In this document: piece by piece, positions 48,182 through 58,322 of the stretch
Layout of the letters: every line of letters begins with the position of its first letter
How positions within the stretch are numbered: position 1 is the stretch's first letter
From: Oligoflexales bacterium
GTDB lineage: Bacteria; Bdellovibrionota_B; Oligoflexia; Oligoflexales; Bog-1112
Direction: 5' to 3'
Assembly (NCBI GenBank): GCA_045105515.1
Contig: JBGCDR010000060.1
Span: 32,001-96,000, forward strand
DNA length: 64,000 nt
The notes under the pieces: model-generated
Seen by the model: the letters and a program-made list of their open reading frames with translations, nothing else
Databases searched by the model: none
What the model was told of the DNA's origin: nothing
Program-made: the position numbers and the translations under genes

Positions 48182-48853
48182 ATGAGTTTTTTAAGCTTAA
48201 AGCAGGTCAACAAGACATACAAACAGGCAGGACAAACAATCCAAGTGCTAACTGAGCTCAATTTAGAGGTAAAAAAAGCGGAAACGATTGCAATATTGGG
48301 CCAATCTGGCAGCGGCAAGTCTACCCTTCTTTCACTACTTGCTGGCTTAGACAAGCCTGAAAAAGGACAAATTACAATCAGTGAACAAGCAATCCAAGAT
48401 ATGGATGAGGCGACCTTAAGTAAATTTCGCGGCAAAACCATGGGCATCGTTTTTCAGCATTTTCACCTTATGAAGCACCTCACAGCTTTGGAAAACGTAG
48501 CCTTGCCACTTAGAATAGCCGCTCATGAAGGCGTAGAGCAAGAAGCAGAGCAAGCCTTAAAAATGGTAGGCTTAGACCAAAGGCAAGAACACTTCCCTTA
48601 CCAACTCAGTGGAGGGGAACAACAAAGAGTAGCCATAGCTCGTGCTTTTGTTGCTAAACCTAAATTAATATTGGCTGACGAACCCAGTGGCAACCTCGAT
48701 CAAGAAACCGGCACTCAAGTGATGGATATGCTTTTCGATATGATTAAGGAACAGCAAATGACCCTCATTCTAGTAACCCATAATCCAACATTAGCTGAAC
48801 AGTGCGATAGAAAGCTTCGCTTAAAATCAGGGAAACTTGAGGAGGGTATATAA
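48182..48853 (+). CDS. ybbA: ABC transporter ATP-binding protein (YbbA-like)
   Basis: [26 protein letters not shown] and VTH; tesA-ybbAP synteny. Confidence 0.88.
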   Translation: MSFLSLKQVNKTYKQAGQTIQVLTELNLEVKKAETIAILGQSGSGKSTLLSLLAGLDKPEKGQITISEQAIQDMDEATLSKFRGKTMGIVFQHFHLMKHLTALENVALPLRIAAHEGVEQEAEQALKMVGLDQRQEHFPYQLSGGEQQRVAIARAFVAKPKLILADEPSGNLDQETGTQVMDMLFDMIKEQQMTLILVTHNPTLAEQCDRKLRLKSGKLEEGI

Positions 48854-51406
48854 ATGTCAATTTTGCTCACACTAGCTAAACAAGAAATTCTTGGGCACAA
48901 AAAATTCTCACTTTTTTTTGTCTTAAATGTTTCATTAGGTCTGATAGGTTTTATATCACTTGATGGGTTCAAGAACTCTTTTCGCAACCACCTTAAAGAA
49001 AATTCAAAAGAATTATTAACGGCAGATATTTCCGTTTCTACCCGTAGAATGCTGACTCCTCAAGAGCATGAAATAAGTGAAAAAGTGCTTCCTAAAGGGA
49101 GCCTCAAAACAAGCGTTATTAGTCTATATTCCATGGTGGCAAGCAAGGATTTATCCAGACTTGTGAATATAAAAGTAATCGACCAAGCATTTCCTTTTTA
49201 CGGGAAAATTAACTTAAAAAATAATGGACTGATTGGTTCGAGCTCTAAAAAAGAAATATTGAATACTCCCCAGGTTTGGGTCTATCAAGAAATTCTAGAC
49301 CAGCTAAAACTAAAAATTGGCGACAAACTAAAAATCGGCTCACAAGAGTTCAAAATTGCCGATGTTATTTTAGATGATGTCGCAGTCAACTTTTCTGGAA
49401 TATCTTTTGCACCGAAGTTGTATTTAGGACTTCCCTTTGTTGAGCAAACAAGTTTAGTCCAAAAAGGCAGTACACTATGGAACACTATCTTTTTTAAACT
49501 CCCTAAAGATGCCTCATCAGAAGACTATGCTGACCAATTAAATTTGTCCTTGAATGCCCCTGGTATCAGAGTCAGTTCCCATGAAAACAAAGGAGAAAAT
49601 ACAGGAAGGCTCATATCTTATCTCATGGATTATCTAGGCCTTGTGGCACTCGCAGGCTTCTTCCTTGCTGCATTAGGGGTGGCATATTTTTACTTCAGCT
49701 ACTTTGCAAAACGGCTAAAAGATCTGACAATATTATTAACTTTAGGACTAAGCCCCAAAGAGGTCGCAGGTATTTTCATTCTGCAAATCTGCTTCCTAGG
49801 AATATGTGCAGCATGTTTTAGCCTTTTTATCGCCTATTCCTTCATCCCCTTATTTCCAAGTTTATTTGCTACCCTATTTGATGCAGCCATCTCACCTAGT
49901 ATTTCGACACATACGATTCTGCTCAGTTTTTTAATGAGTATTATTGGAACCTTGTTAATATGCTATCCACTCATCCGTAAAATTCACACACTGAAACCTG
50001 CTGTGCTTTTCCAGGAACATGCTAATCTTTCTATTCCTTTCTCTCCTGCAGATTTTATTAGCTTTCTCCCTGCTTTCCTGTGCTATTGGGGGCTTGCTAT
50101 TTGGCAGGCCAATTCATGGTTAGTAGGAAGTGCCTTCGCCTTTGGCTTTGTCGGAGCAGGCTTAGTTTTTACTTTCCTCTACTTAGGAATCGTAAAGCTC
50201 ATTGGAAACAAGCCAAGCAAAATCAAGAACCTTTCTACAAGCATGGCTCTCCTATATCTGACTCGAAAGCCATTTCATTCATTAGTCGCTTTTTTAGCAA
50301 TTTCACTAGGTGTGATGCTATTAAATATAGTCAATCAGACTAAAGCGAGTCTTCAAGGGGAATTGGAATCTCCGCAAACTGTAGAGCTACCAAGCTTCTT
50401 CATGTTCGACATTCAAGATGAACAATTAGCCCCCCTAACTGAGTTCCTTAATTCGCAAGGAAGCACTCTTGCTAGTCCTTCTCCACTCGTCAGAGCAAGA
50501 TTAGAAACAATAAACGGCACACCATATACCAAACCTGATTTAGACGATGAGCCCATGACTAGAGAGGAAGAGCAAGAGCAAAGAATGAAAAACAGAGGGT
50601 TTAACTTATCTTATAGACAAGACCTTAGTTCTTCTGAAAGCATCGTAAAAGGCAAAAAATTTACTAAGAGAGAAAATCATGATGACCCTGTTGAGATATC
50701 GGTTGAAGTGGGTTTTGCACAAAGACTTGGATTAAAAATTGGAGATGTGCTTAAATTTGATATTCAAGGAGTAGAAATAGAGGGATCTATCGCAAACTTA
50801 AGAAAAGTTAAATGGTCATCTTTCCAGCCAAACTTTTTTATCCAGTTTCAAGATGGAGTACTTAATGAAGCTCCAAAAACTTGGGTAGCTTCAGTTCCCC
50901 AAATCAGTAAAACTGACTTGAAACAACTCCAAGTAGACCTCGTTAAGGGTTTCCCAAATATATCGATCATAGACGTTGCCAGATTAGTTGAAAAAATCAT
51001 TGCAATTACAGAAAGAATGGGACTCATTCTAAACTTAATGGCAATCCTTTCCTTGATCATCGGCATCACTATCCTTTTTTCTATTTGTCACTACCAGGGC
51101 AAGCTCAGACAATGGGATTTAAACTTATTAAAAATACTTGGATCTTCATTTTGGTTATTGAGACGCAGCTTTTATTTCGAGTTTGGACTTCTATGCCTGA
51201 TTGCTTCAAGCTTAGGAGCCGTAAGTGCAATTCTTCTTACTTATATACTTGCAAGCAACATTTTCGATAACATTTTTACCTTAAACATTTTGACACCCTC
51301 AATTAGCGTAGGAGCACTGACTCTCATAGGAATTTTAACCGCACATTTTTCAATCAGCAGTGTCATATCGAAGCCTTCAATTTCTCTATTATCAAAAGAA
51401 GACTAG
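48854..51406 (+). CDS. ybbP: ABC transporter permease (YbbP, FtsX/MacB-like)
   Basis: FPFYG, P.FFMFDIQ, LRKV.W.SFQPNFF and P.ISIID; multiple TM helices. Confidence 0.88.
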   Translation: MSILLTLAKQEILGHKKFSLFFVLNVSLGLIGFISLDGFKNSFRNHLKENSKELLTADISVSTRRMLTPQEHEISEKVLPKGSLKTSVISLYSMVASKDLSRLVNIKVIDQAFPFYGKINLKNNGLIGSSSKKEILNTPQVWVYQEILDQLKLKIGDKLKIGSQEFKIADVILDDVAVNFSGISFAPKLYLGLPFVEQTSLVQKGSTLWNTIFFKLPKDASSEDYADQLNLSLNAPGIRVSSHENKGENTGRLISYLMDYLGLVALAGFFLAALGVAYFYFSYFAKRLKDLTILLTLGLSPKEVAGIFILQICFLGICAACFSLFIAYSFIPLFPSLFATLFDAAISPSISTHTILLSFLMSIIGTLLICYPLIRKIHTLKPAVLFQEHANLSIPFSPADFISFLPAFLCYWGLAIWQANSWLVGSAFAFGFVGAGLVFTFLYLGIVKLIGNKPSKIKNLSTSMALLYLTRKPFHSLVAFLAISLGVMLLNIVNQTKASLQGELESPQTVELPSFFMFDIQDEQLAPLTEFLNSQGSTLASPSPLVRARLETINGTPYTKPDLDDEPMTREEEQEQRMKNRGFNLSYRQDLSSSESIVKGKKFTKRENHDDPVEISVEVGFAQRLGLKIGDVLKFDIQGVEIEGSIANLRKVKWSSFQPNFFIQFQDGVLNEAPKTWVASVPQISKTDLKQLQVDLVKGFPNISIIDVARLVEKIIAITERMGLILNLMAILSLIIGITILFSICHYQGKLRQWDLNLLKILGSSFWLLRRSFYFEFGLLCLIASSLGAVSAILLTYILASNIFDNIFTLNILTPSISVGALTLIGILTAHFSISSVISKPSISLLSKED

Positions 51407-51414
51407 ATAGTGGA

Positions 51415-51789
51415 TCAAGCTTTCCCCTTAAGGGCCTTTTCCACCACAGCGCAAAGGTCAGACTGTTTAAATGGTTTCATAATCCAAGCAAATGCACCTT
51501 GCTTCATGATCTTGTCAATAAATTCAGGAGTTGGCTCAGTCGTCACAAATATTGTCTTTGCATCCGACAACATCCGATAAGCGTTCATAGCTTGAAGCAT
51601 TTCAAATCCATTCATTTTTGGCATATTAATATCCGCAATAAGGATCTGTATATCAGGATGCTCTCTCAATTTTTGAATGCCATCTTCTCCATCCTCAGCA
51701 GCAATAACTTCATGACCTGCATTACGAAGTATATTACCCATCATATTTCGAACTGTTTTTGAATCATCGACAGCAAGAATTTTTGCCAT
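51415..51789 (-). CDS. Single-domain response regulator (CheY-like)
   Basis: ILAVDDS, DINMP.MNG, VTTE and KPF; GGAG SD before ATG 51789. Confidence 0.93.
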   Translation of the reverse strand: MAKILAVDDSKTVRNMMGNILRNAGHEVIAAEDGEDGIQKLREHPDIQILIADINMPKMNGFEMLQAMNAYRMLSDAKTIFVTTEPTPEFIDKIMKQGAFAWIMKPFKQSDLCAVVEKALKGKA

Positions 51790-52137
51790 ATTTTCTCCAT
51801 TTTTTTGTGAAACCCACCCATATCTCGGATAAAAAAATTCCACTCTCTCCTAGAACACCATCGAATTCAAAAGAAAAAGTTTGGTGAGGTTGAATTCACA
51901 CTAGACCATGTTCATTATACAAAAGATTTAACAGTTTGCGGAAATGAAGAAAAAAAAGCCTGCCATGCATTTAAAGCTTGTGAAAAAATGCTGCAGGAAA
52001 TTACTAGATCCTTACAAGTCATTGGATTTAATTCTGTTATAAAATAAATGATAACATGCACTTACAGCTATTTTAAATTTGACATTCAATCATCAAAATA
52101 AATAAATTGACTCACTGTATCGCCAATATGCAGGCCA

Positions 52138-52947
52138 ATGTTTAAAAAGCAAAAATTGAGCATGAAGGAAAAACCCATGAAAATTTTGAATGAATTTGTC
52201 CTAGGAATGCTACTGTTTTTGGTAAACTCTTATGTTTTTGCTGGAGGCAATCTCCCTCTTCCTGATTTAGAATTCTTTGAAAATGGAATCAAACCTGCCG
52301 ATAAACTAGTGATGGATGGCCCGTCGCAATCAGAGCTAGAGTTTTCACATGAAGGACTGAAAGTGATGGATTTTCTAGCAAGAGGAGGTATTGAGGGTAA
52401 GAACTATCGTCGTAGTCGTAATATAACCTTTTCCGTCGGAACAGTAAGCACAGTAGGTGCTATAGCAACTGCCCCTACTATTGTAGGGCCACTAATTTTT
52501 TTAATGCTAGGAGGCAGTGGAACAGTTTTGGCGGGCGCAAACACCCTTGACGAAAAAATGTTAGCTCGCCCTCATTACAATCTTGGCCGCCTTATTAAAG
52601 CGTCTTATGTCCACCTTGGTTGGTCGACGCCAGACGGAAAAAAGCTTCAAAAACATGATACTAGAATTCGTGAGTATATTAACAAATACCTAGAGGAACC
52701 AGCTGATGAAAAATGTGTAGACTTCGTAGCTAGGTCAGTGGTGTTTGCCAATGAGAAAGGCTGGTTTGGATTTATGGTTAAAACAAAAAAATCTAGCAAT
52801 CATCAAAAAGAAAAGCTGGTATTCGTCACAGGCAGCGTTACCGGACGCAAAAATATTCGCGAAGTTCTTTTTCCAAATAATCGCTTAAGCAATCTTATCC
52901 ACCGTGATTCTAGTGTTGGCGATAAAGTAGCTAGTTATCAACAGTAA
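52138..52947 (+). CDS. Secreted/membrane hypothetical protein
   Basis: Signal peptide from the probable start 52177; internal Gly/Ala/Thr-rich hydrophobic hairpin. Confidence 0.6.
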   Translation: MFKKQKLSMKEKPMKILNEFVLGMLLFLVNSYVFAGGNLPLPDLEFFENGIKPADKLVMDGPSQSELEFSHEGLKVMDFLARGGIEGKNYRRSRNITFSVGTVSTVGAIATAPTIVGPLIFLMLGGSGTVLAGANTLDEKMLARPHYNLGRLIKASYVHLGWSTPDGKKLQKHDTRIREYINKYLEEPADEKCVDFVARSVVFANEKGWFGFMVKTKKSSNHQKEKLVFVTGSVTGRKNIREVLFPNNRLSNLIHRDSSVGDKVASYQQ

Positions 52948-53101
52948 AAATTTTAGATTTTTTCCGTCATTATATATAGTTCTATATTTTCGACCAGTTT
53001 CCGCGATACCCACTTGCTTCCAAAGAGTATGCAATCATTGTTAAATAGAAAACAGGTCTTTTCTAAGTCATAAAGTTTCCAGCTGCAAATAAGGAGCAAC
53101 T

Positions 53102-54166
53102 ATGATTGTACAATGTGGAACTTGTCAACGAACATACGAAAATGAAAAAGACCTATTAAGTGGCACATCATGCTTTAAAATCTGTAGCGAAGAAAATCTG
53201 TGGTTTGAATGCTCCTGCAACTCATGCATTATGATTCCCAAGGGAAAGCATGATTGGTATTCTCCAAGCCTTCATCTCAGCGAAAGTAGTGCAAATATTT
53301 TCAAGCAGGTTTCGCAATTAAAAAACCTTCCTCGTGTGTCTTCTAATACCATGAAAATTCAGCAGGTCCTAAACAAGTCTGATGTAGACTCATCAACAGT
53401 TGAGCGAGCTATAAAAATGGTGCCTCCAATTGCATTAAATGTGGTTGATATTGCTAATAGTATGTCACCGGGATCTAGCATCACCAGCCTACAACATGCC
53501 ATCACTTATGTAGGGCATACGAAAATTAAGGAGCTGGTGTATATGGCCGGAGTAAAAGCAAATATATTCCAGACCAAAGCCTTCAACAAGGATGAATTTT
53601 GGCAAGAAGCTTCAATAGCTGGCATAGTTGCAGAACACCTGGCAAAAAAACTAGTACCAAATGATAAAGAACTGCCTGACAAAGCTTACTTCGCGGCTAG
53701 TATGGCAAATATTGGTAAAGTCGTCAGTGCCATCTTATTTCCAGAAGTTACCGATCAAATATACCTTAAATCTCGCGATCCAAAGTGCAAAGATTGCTGG
53801 AGTGACCTAGAAAAAGAGTTTGGGGCTTACAGCCATGCACTCTTAGGTGAGATTGCTGGAGTAACCTGGGGCCTACCTGCCTACGCTTTACGTTCTATTC
53901 GCTTTCACAATGAAAGCCCAGAAAACTACCGCCATGAAGTTGTCAGCGGAGGATTCATGTTCGATTCTGAAGCAGATTCCCTCCCTTCTGAGGATGCCAT
54001 CTCATTGCACGACATTGTTTGTATTGCGCTTCCATACAGCCACTGGGTACTACTAGAACCCCATCGTATTAACCAAGTGAATTTTGATAAATTTCTTGAA
54101 AAAGTCAAAATTGATAATCAGCAAAAGGATGCAATTGGTGATGAGCTTTGTAATTTGTACTCCTGA
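53102..54166 (+). CDS. HDOD domain protein with Cys-rich N-terminal domain
   Basis: LP, IANS, SLQHAI.YVG, FW, NIGK, H..LG...W.LP and I.FH (HDOD); N-terminal CxxC, CxxxC and CxCxxC. Confidence 0.85.
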   Translation: MIVQCGTCQRTYENEKDLLSGTSCFKICSEENLWFECSCNSCIMIPKGKHDWYSPSLHLSESSANIFKQVSQLKNLPRVSSNTMKIQQVLNKSDVDSSTVERAIKMVPPIALNVVDIANSMSPGSSITSLQHAITYVGHTKIKELVYMAGVKANIFQTKAFNKDEFWQEASIAGIVAEHLAKKLVPNDKELPDKAYFAASMANIGKVVSAILFPEVTDQIYLKSRDPKCKDCWSDLEKEFGAYSHALLGEIAGVTWGLPAYALRSIRFHNESPENYRHEVVSGGFMFDSEADSLPSEDAISLHDIVCIALPYSHWVLLEPHRINQVNFDKFLEKVKIDNQQKDAIGDELCNLYS

Positions 54167-54181
54167 ATATTTCTTCACACT

Positions 54182-54811
54182 TTACATAGTGCCAAATAGC
54201 CTATCGCCGGCATCACCAATACCAGGAACTATATATTTTTTCTCATTTAAACCTTGATCTATTGCGGCAGTAAAAACGGCGACATCAGGGTGGTAAGTAT
54301 GAAAATACTCTATCCCCTCTGGTGCTGAGAGCAAGCAAACAAACTTAATTGTTTTAGGCCCGACTTCTTTTATGCGATTCACTGCAGCCACAGCAGATTT
54401 TCCCGTGGCAAGCATTGGGTCAACCACCAATACATCACGAGAAGAGATATCTTCAGGAACTTTGAAATAGTATTCAATAATATTGCTGGCATGAGCATCT
54501 CGATATAAACCAATATGACCCACCCTCGCTGTGGGCATCAACTGTAGCATCCCATCCACGATACCTTGACCTGCGCGCAAGATAGAAATCAATGCCATCT
54601 TCTTTTTTGCAAGAACCGGAGCTTCCATTGGGGATATGGGAGTTTCTATTTTTTCAGTACATAGAGCCATATCACGGCTAACCTCATAGCCAAGAAGCAT
54701 GGAAATTTCTCGCATCAAGGTTCGAAATTTACCAGTACTAGTATTTTTTTTACGCATTAATGTCAGTTTATGCTGAATCAAGGGATGCTTTATCTCGTTT
54801 ACCTGAGTCAT
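54182..54811 (-). CDS. upp: Uracil phosphoribosyltransferase
   Basis: [30 protein letters not shown] and YIVPG.GDAGDR.FGT; GGAGG SD. Confidence 0.97.
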   Translation of the reverse strand: MTQVNEIKHPLIQHKLTLMRKKNTSTGKFRTLMREISMLLGYEVSRDMALCTEKIETPISPMEAPVLAKKKMALISILRAGQGIVDGMLQLMPTARVGHIGLYRDAHASNIIEYYFKVPEDISSRDVLVVDPMLATGKSAVAAVNRIKEVGPKTIKFVCLLSAPEGIEYFHTYHPDVAVFTAAIDQGLNEKKYIVPGIGDAGDRLFGTM

Positions 54812-54842
54812 TAGACCTCCAAAAGATTTAATAAGGACATCA

Positions 54843-56090
54843 CTAGAATACGGTTCCGTCACTATCAATTCTGATAGGTGGTTCACCACCTGGTCTTAGG
54901 TTCTTGGCAATGCGTCTTCCAGCACTCCAAGTTCCTCCTTGTAGAACCTTAGCTAAGGGTAACTCGCTTTGGGTTTTTCCCATGAATTCTCGGACCCCAT
55001 CTGCTATCAAATCTAAGATAGCAACCGTCAAAGCTCTCCACTCCACAATAAATTCGCTTTGGGGCTTATGGGGCTTTTGCAAAACACTTGGATCTTTGAT
55101 CTTCAACAAACCTAGATCTATCAAAAGCCCACCATTGCGGTACTCAGGTAAGCCCGTTAATTGCTCTACCTCAATGATTTTAAGACCCGCAATCTCGAAT
55201 GCTTCAGCTAAAGAATAGCTAAGCCATTGTGAAAGTTTGTGAAACGGAACAAATGTATCACTTCCATTAGGCCCTTTTACCAGAGGATGAATACCAACAT
55301 CCCCTAGGTTACAGCCATGCTGACTAAGGCCTCCTGGCCAAATATCGCCAAAATGTCTTAGTACAGACTCAAAAATGGCAACGCAACTTAGTGTTCCAGC
55401 CTCGTCCCGTATGGCAGTTTTATAAAGATGTTCATAAACGTCACCAAGCCTCACTGTCGGGCCCAATCCATGCGGATGATTTGCGAGTGTAGATCCTAAA
55501 CCATGGAGAAGGGCAAGCCTTCCTGTTAAACCTACCAAAGGGTTATCATCTCTAACCTGAAAGCCCATGTTTAAATCAACAAGCTTGACTTTACTGAGAC
55601 CTTTATGATCCACACGATACGGATCCTGTGGATCAGAGCTAAAATAGCCTTGTCTAAACATTTGCAGGCTGGCTAGTGCAAGGCCCTCCGACCTACTGAA
55701 AACTTCATTATACGGTTCTTCAATAAAGTGATAAGACCACTGTCCACCCGCCCCTGCATCCAAAAGTACAGAGATAAATATCATTTCAAATAGGGCTTTA
55801 CCCCACTCATATTTATCTCCCTGCGAAAAATTTTTTTGCAGTAAACTAAGCCTATTATATCCCCCCATTTCTAGATGCCTAAAGCGGCTGTGATAGGGAA
55901 TATTGCCCTCTGGATAATTTCGCTTAATTTCATTAAGAACATAAGACACAGCTTTTTCCAGCTTCTCAGCATGAAAATCAAAGTAAAGGGTATCTCCATT
56001 TTTTGCCAAGTCCAAAACGAAATTGCTGTGACTTCGAATCGTCTTGGGGGACTTTAGATATTTTAAAAGCTGGGGGTTGATCTGAGACAT
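54843..56090 (-). CDS. URC4/Urg3 (DUF1688) family protein
   Basis: [63 protein letters not shown] and SDGTVF. Confidence 0.92.
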   Translation of the reverse strand: MSQINPQLLKYLKSPKTIRSHSNFVLDLAKNGDTLYFDFHAEKLEKAVSYVLNEIKRNYPEGNIPYHSRFRHLEMGGYNRLSLLQKNFSQGDKYEWGKALFEMIFISVLLDAGAGGQWSYHFIEEPYNEVFSRSEGLALASLQMFRQGYFSSDPQDPYRVDHKGLSKVKLVDLNMGFQVRDDNPLVGLTGRLALLHGLGSTLANHPHGLGPTVRLGDVYEHLYKTAIRDEAGTLSCVAIFESVLRHFGDIWPGGLSQHGCNLGDVGIHPLVKGPNGSDTFVPFHKLSQWLSYSLAEAFEIAGLKIIEVEQLTGLPEYRNGGLLIDLGLLKIKDPSVLQKPHKPQSEFIVEWRALTVAILDLIADGVREFMGKTQSELPLAKVLQGGTWSAGRRIAKNLRPGGEPPIRIDSDGTVF

Positions 56091-56099
56091 AAGCTCACC

Positions 56100-57362
56100 T
56101 TATTCATCCAAATTTCTACCTTTGGTATCCTTTAGAGAATCAGCGCCTGGAACCTCTGATTCGGTAAAATATCCTGCGGCTTTTTTCGCTTCAATTTCTA
56201 CCTGAGCATCGCTAGGAATTAATTCACTTGGTATAGAAACCCTTTCGATAATTTCTATCCCCGATTTAACCATTGCCTCATATTTCATATTGCTCATAGA
56301 GGCCATGCGATGAATTTTCGTAATCCCTAGCCAATGAAGGACATCAGGCATAAGCTCCTGAAAACGCATATCTTGCACTCCCGCAACACATTCTGTACGT
56401 TCAAAGTACTTATCTGCACTATCTCCTCCTTCTTGGCGTTTTCGTGCATTATAGACCAGAAATTTAGTAACCTCTCCTAATGCTCTTCCTTCTTTACGGT
56501 TGTATACCACAACCCCTGCACCACCCTTCTGAGCAGAGTCTATACAAAGTTCGATGCCATGAGCAAGGTAAGGCCTGCAAGTACAAATATCTGAACCAAA
56601 CACATCTGATCCATTACATTCGTCGTGCACCCTTACGTTAAGAGGCTTACTAGGATCGGGAATCGATTTGATATCTCCAAAAATATAAACTGTCATTCCT
56701 CCGATAGGAGGAAGAAAAACTTGTAGATCCGGCCTAGTTATTAGCTCGGGAAACATCCCTGCAGTCTGCTCAAATAGTACTCGACGCAGCTCACTTTCTT
56801 CGATTCCAAAACGACCTGCAAGTCCAGGAAGGTACCATACAGGCTCTATCGCTGCTTTAGTAACCTGGGCGTCACCCTTACCTTTCAAAACCCTACCATC
56901 TGTGTTGAGCCGTCCAGTCTCAACAGCAAACTCTATTTCTGGAATTTTAATGTGAGCTTTGGTAACTGCAATCGTGGGCCTTATATCCATTCCTTTAGTA
57001 AAATAATCTGCGAACGAAGATGGAACTAAATGTCCATAAGGATCGAGTGAAACAATTTTCTGTGGATCGAACCATGCTGCGAATGGTCCTATTGTTTCAG
57101 CTGGAGCTGTGTTAGTCAGGTCTGCTTTATGTTCAGGACTTAGGCTACCAGCAGCAATAGCTAATGCGCGGTAAACTGAATATGCCCCCGAATGAGTTCC
57201 AATCGCATTACGGTGAGCAGTATTCGTGGTTGTAGCAATAATGGGACCCCGCTTCTCTACATCACTCTCACCCCAAATAATAGGCGTTGGCTTGGGGCCG
57301 TACTTGTCTGGATGGGAGGTCAATTTAATATGCTGTGCTGGCTTTTTATCTTCCTCACTCAT
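56100..57362 (-). CDS. GTP cyclohydrolase II-like protein of the URC1 type (extended N-terminus)
   Basis: HI.LTSHP, RNAIGTHSG.Y..YRALA, RVHDECNGSDVFGSDICTCRPYL, RKEGRALGEV.K and DMRFQ.LMPD. Confidence 0.92.
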   Translation of the reverse strand: MSEEDKKPAQHIKLTSHPDKYGPKPTPIIWGESDVEKRGPIIATTTNTAHRNAIGTHSGAYSVYRALAIAAGSLSPEHKADLTNTAPAETIGPFAAWFDPQKIVSLDPYGHLVPSSFADYFTKGMDIRPTIAVTKAHIKIPEIEFAVETGRLNTDGRVLKGKGDAQVTKAAIEPVWYLPGLAGRFGIEESELRRVLFEQTAGMFPELITRPDLQVFLPPIGGMTVYIFGDIKSIPDPSKPLNVRVHDECNGSDVFGSDICTCRPYLAHGIELCIDSAQKGGAGVVVYNRKEGRALGEVTKFLVYNARKRQEGGDSADKYFERTECVAGVQDMRFQELMPDVLHWLGITKIHRMASMSNMKYEAMVKSGIEIIERVSIPSELIPSDAQVEIEAKKAAGYFTESEVPGADSLKDTKGRNLDE

Positions 57363-57445
57363 AACAACGACTACCTTATGTAAAGCAATGTAGATTTAAC
57401 TTCCTACCAAAAATTGAACCTTTAAAAGCAGAGAACTAGTATATT

Positions 57446-57472
57446 TTTTCTGAGCAAACAACTATCAGAAAA
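57446..57472. promoter_or_regulatory. Inverted repeat, candidate operator in the divergent URC/udk promoter region
   Basis: TTTTCTGA-N11-TCAGAAAA. Confidence 0.3.
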
Positions 57473-57614
57473 GACAGTATTGTTGTAATTACTTGCGAGG
57501 CAAGCAAGAAAAAAGTTGCTCTTATTGAAAAATTGCACCACGGTTTCCATCGTATAAACTAGAAAAGTATCGCTTAAATGAAGAAATCAATGTTTTAATT
57601 GGAGCCCAAGACCT

Positions 57615-58256
57615 ATGGTAAAAAAACCTTTCTTGATCGGTATTGGCGGTGGAACAGGCTCTGGAAAATCCACCCTCGTGGATGCGCTTCTCAGCTATTT
57701 CGGCGCAGATAAAATTATGGTTATTTCTCAAGATCATTACTATAAGGACCTTTCACACCTACCAGAGGAAGAACGTCAGCAAAACAATTTTGACCATCCT
57801 AATGCTCTTGATACCCACCTCTTATTTGAACACATTCGAAATCTAAGTGCAGGTAGAATAGTGGAGCGCCCAACATATGATTTTAGCAGTCATACACGCA
57901 CCTCTGACACAGTCTCACTTAAACCTATGGAAATCATTCTGTTTGATGGAATATTTAGCCTATATTACAAAGATATTTTGAATCTTCTACATTTCAAGAT
58001 TTATGTCTCCGTAGATGATGATATCCGTTTTATTCGTCGTTTACAAAGGGATCAAGAGTTAAGGGGTAGAGAAGTAGATAGCATCATCAGTCAATACCTA
58101 GAAAGTGTCAGACCAATGCATTACAAATACGTAAAACCTTCTAAACACAACGCTGATATTATCATCCCTTTCAGTCAAAAAGATCCCGGAGGCATCGATG
58201 CAATTAAGTCTCTAATTAAGGAAAAGCTAGAAAAAGCTGGAATTTTTTGCAAATAA
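57615..58256 (+). CDS. udk: Uridine kinase
   Basis: IGIGGGTGSGKST, QD.YYKD, NFDHP.A, P.YDF..HTR, RR..RD...RGR and V.PMH. Confidence 0.95.
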   Translation: MVKKPFLIGIGGGTGSGKSTLVDALLSYFGADKIMVISQDHYYKDLSHLPEEERQQNNFDHPNALDTHLLFEHIRNLSAGRIVERPTYDFSSHTRTSDTVSLKPMEIILFDGIFSLYYKDILNLLHFKIYVSVDDDIRFIRRLQRDQELRGREVDSIISQYLESVRPMHYKYVKPSKHNADIIIPFSQKDPGGIDAIKSLIKEKLEKAGIFCK

Positions 58257-58322
58257 TTCTAAACACTTACAACATCCAGTAATCCAATTGATCAAGGCTT
58301 AAGATATTGTGAACGATATCAT

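Noticed and set aside
54812..54889. Apparent 47-nt overlap of upp with URC4
   Set aside because: ATG at 54811 has a GGAGG SD and gives a normal-length Upp with no overlap.
56100..57362. Riboflavin ribA/ribBA
   Set aside because: The N-terminus is URC1-type rather than RibB, and the neighbours are URC4 and upp, not rib genes.
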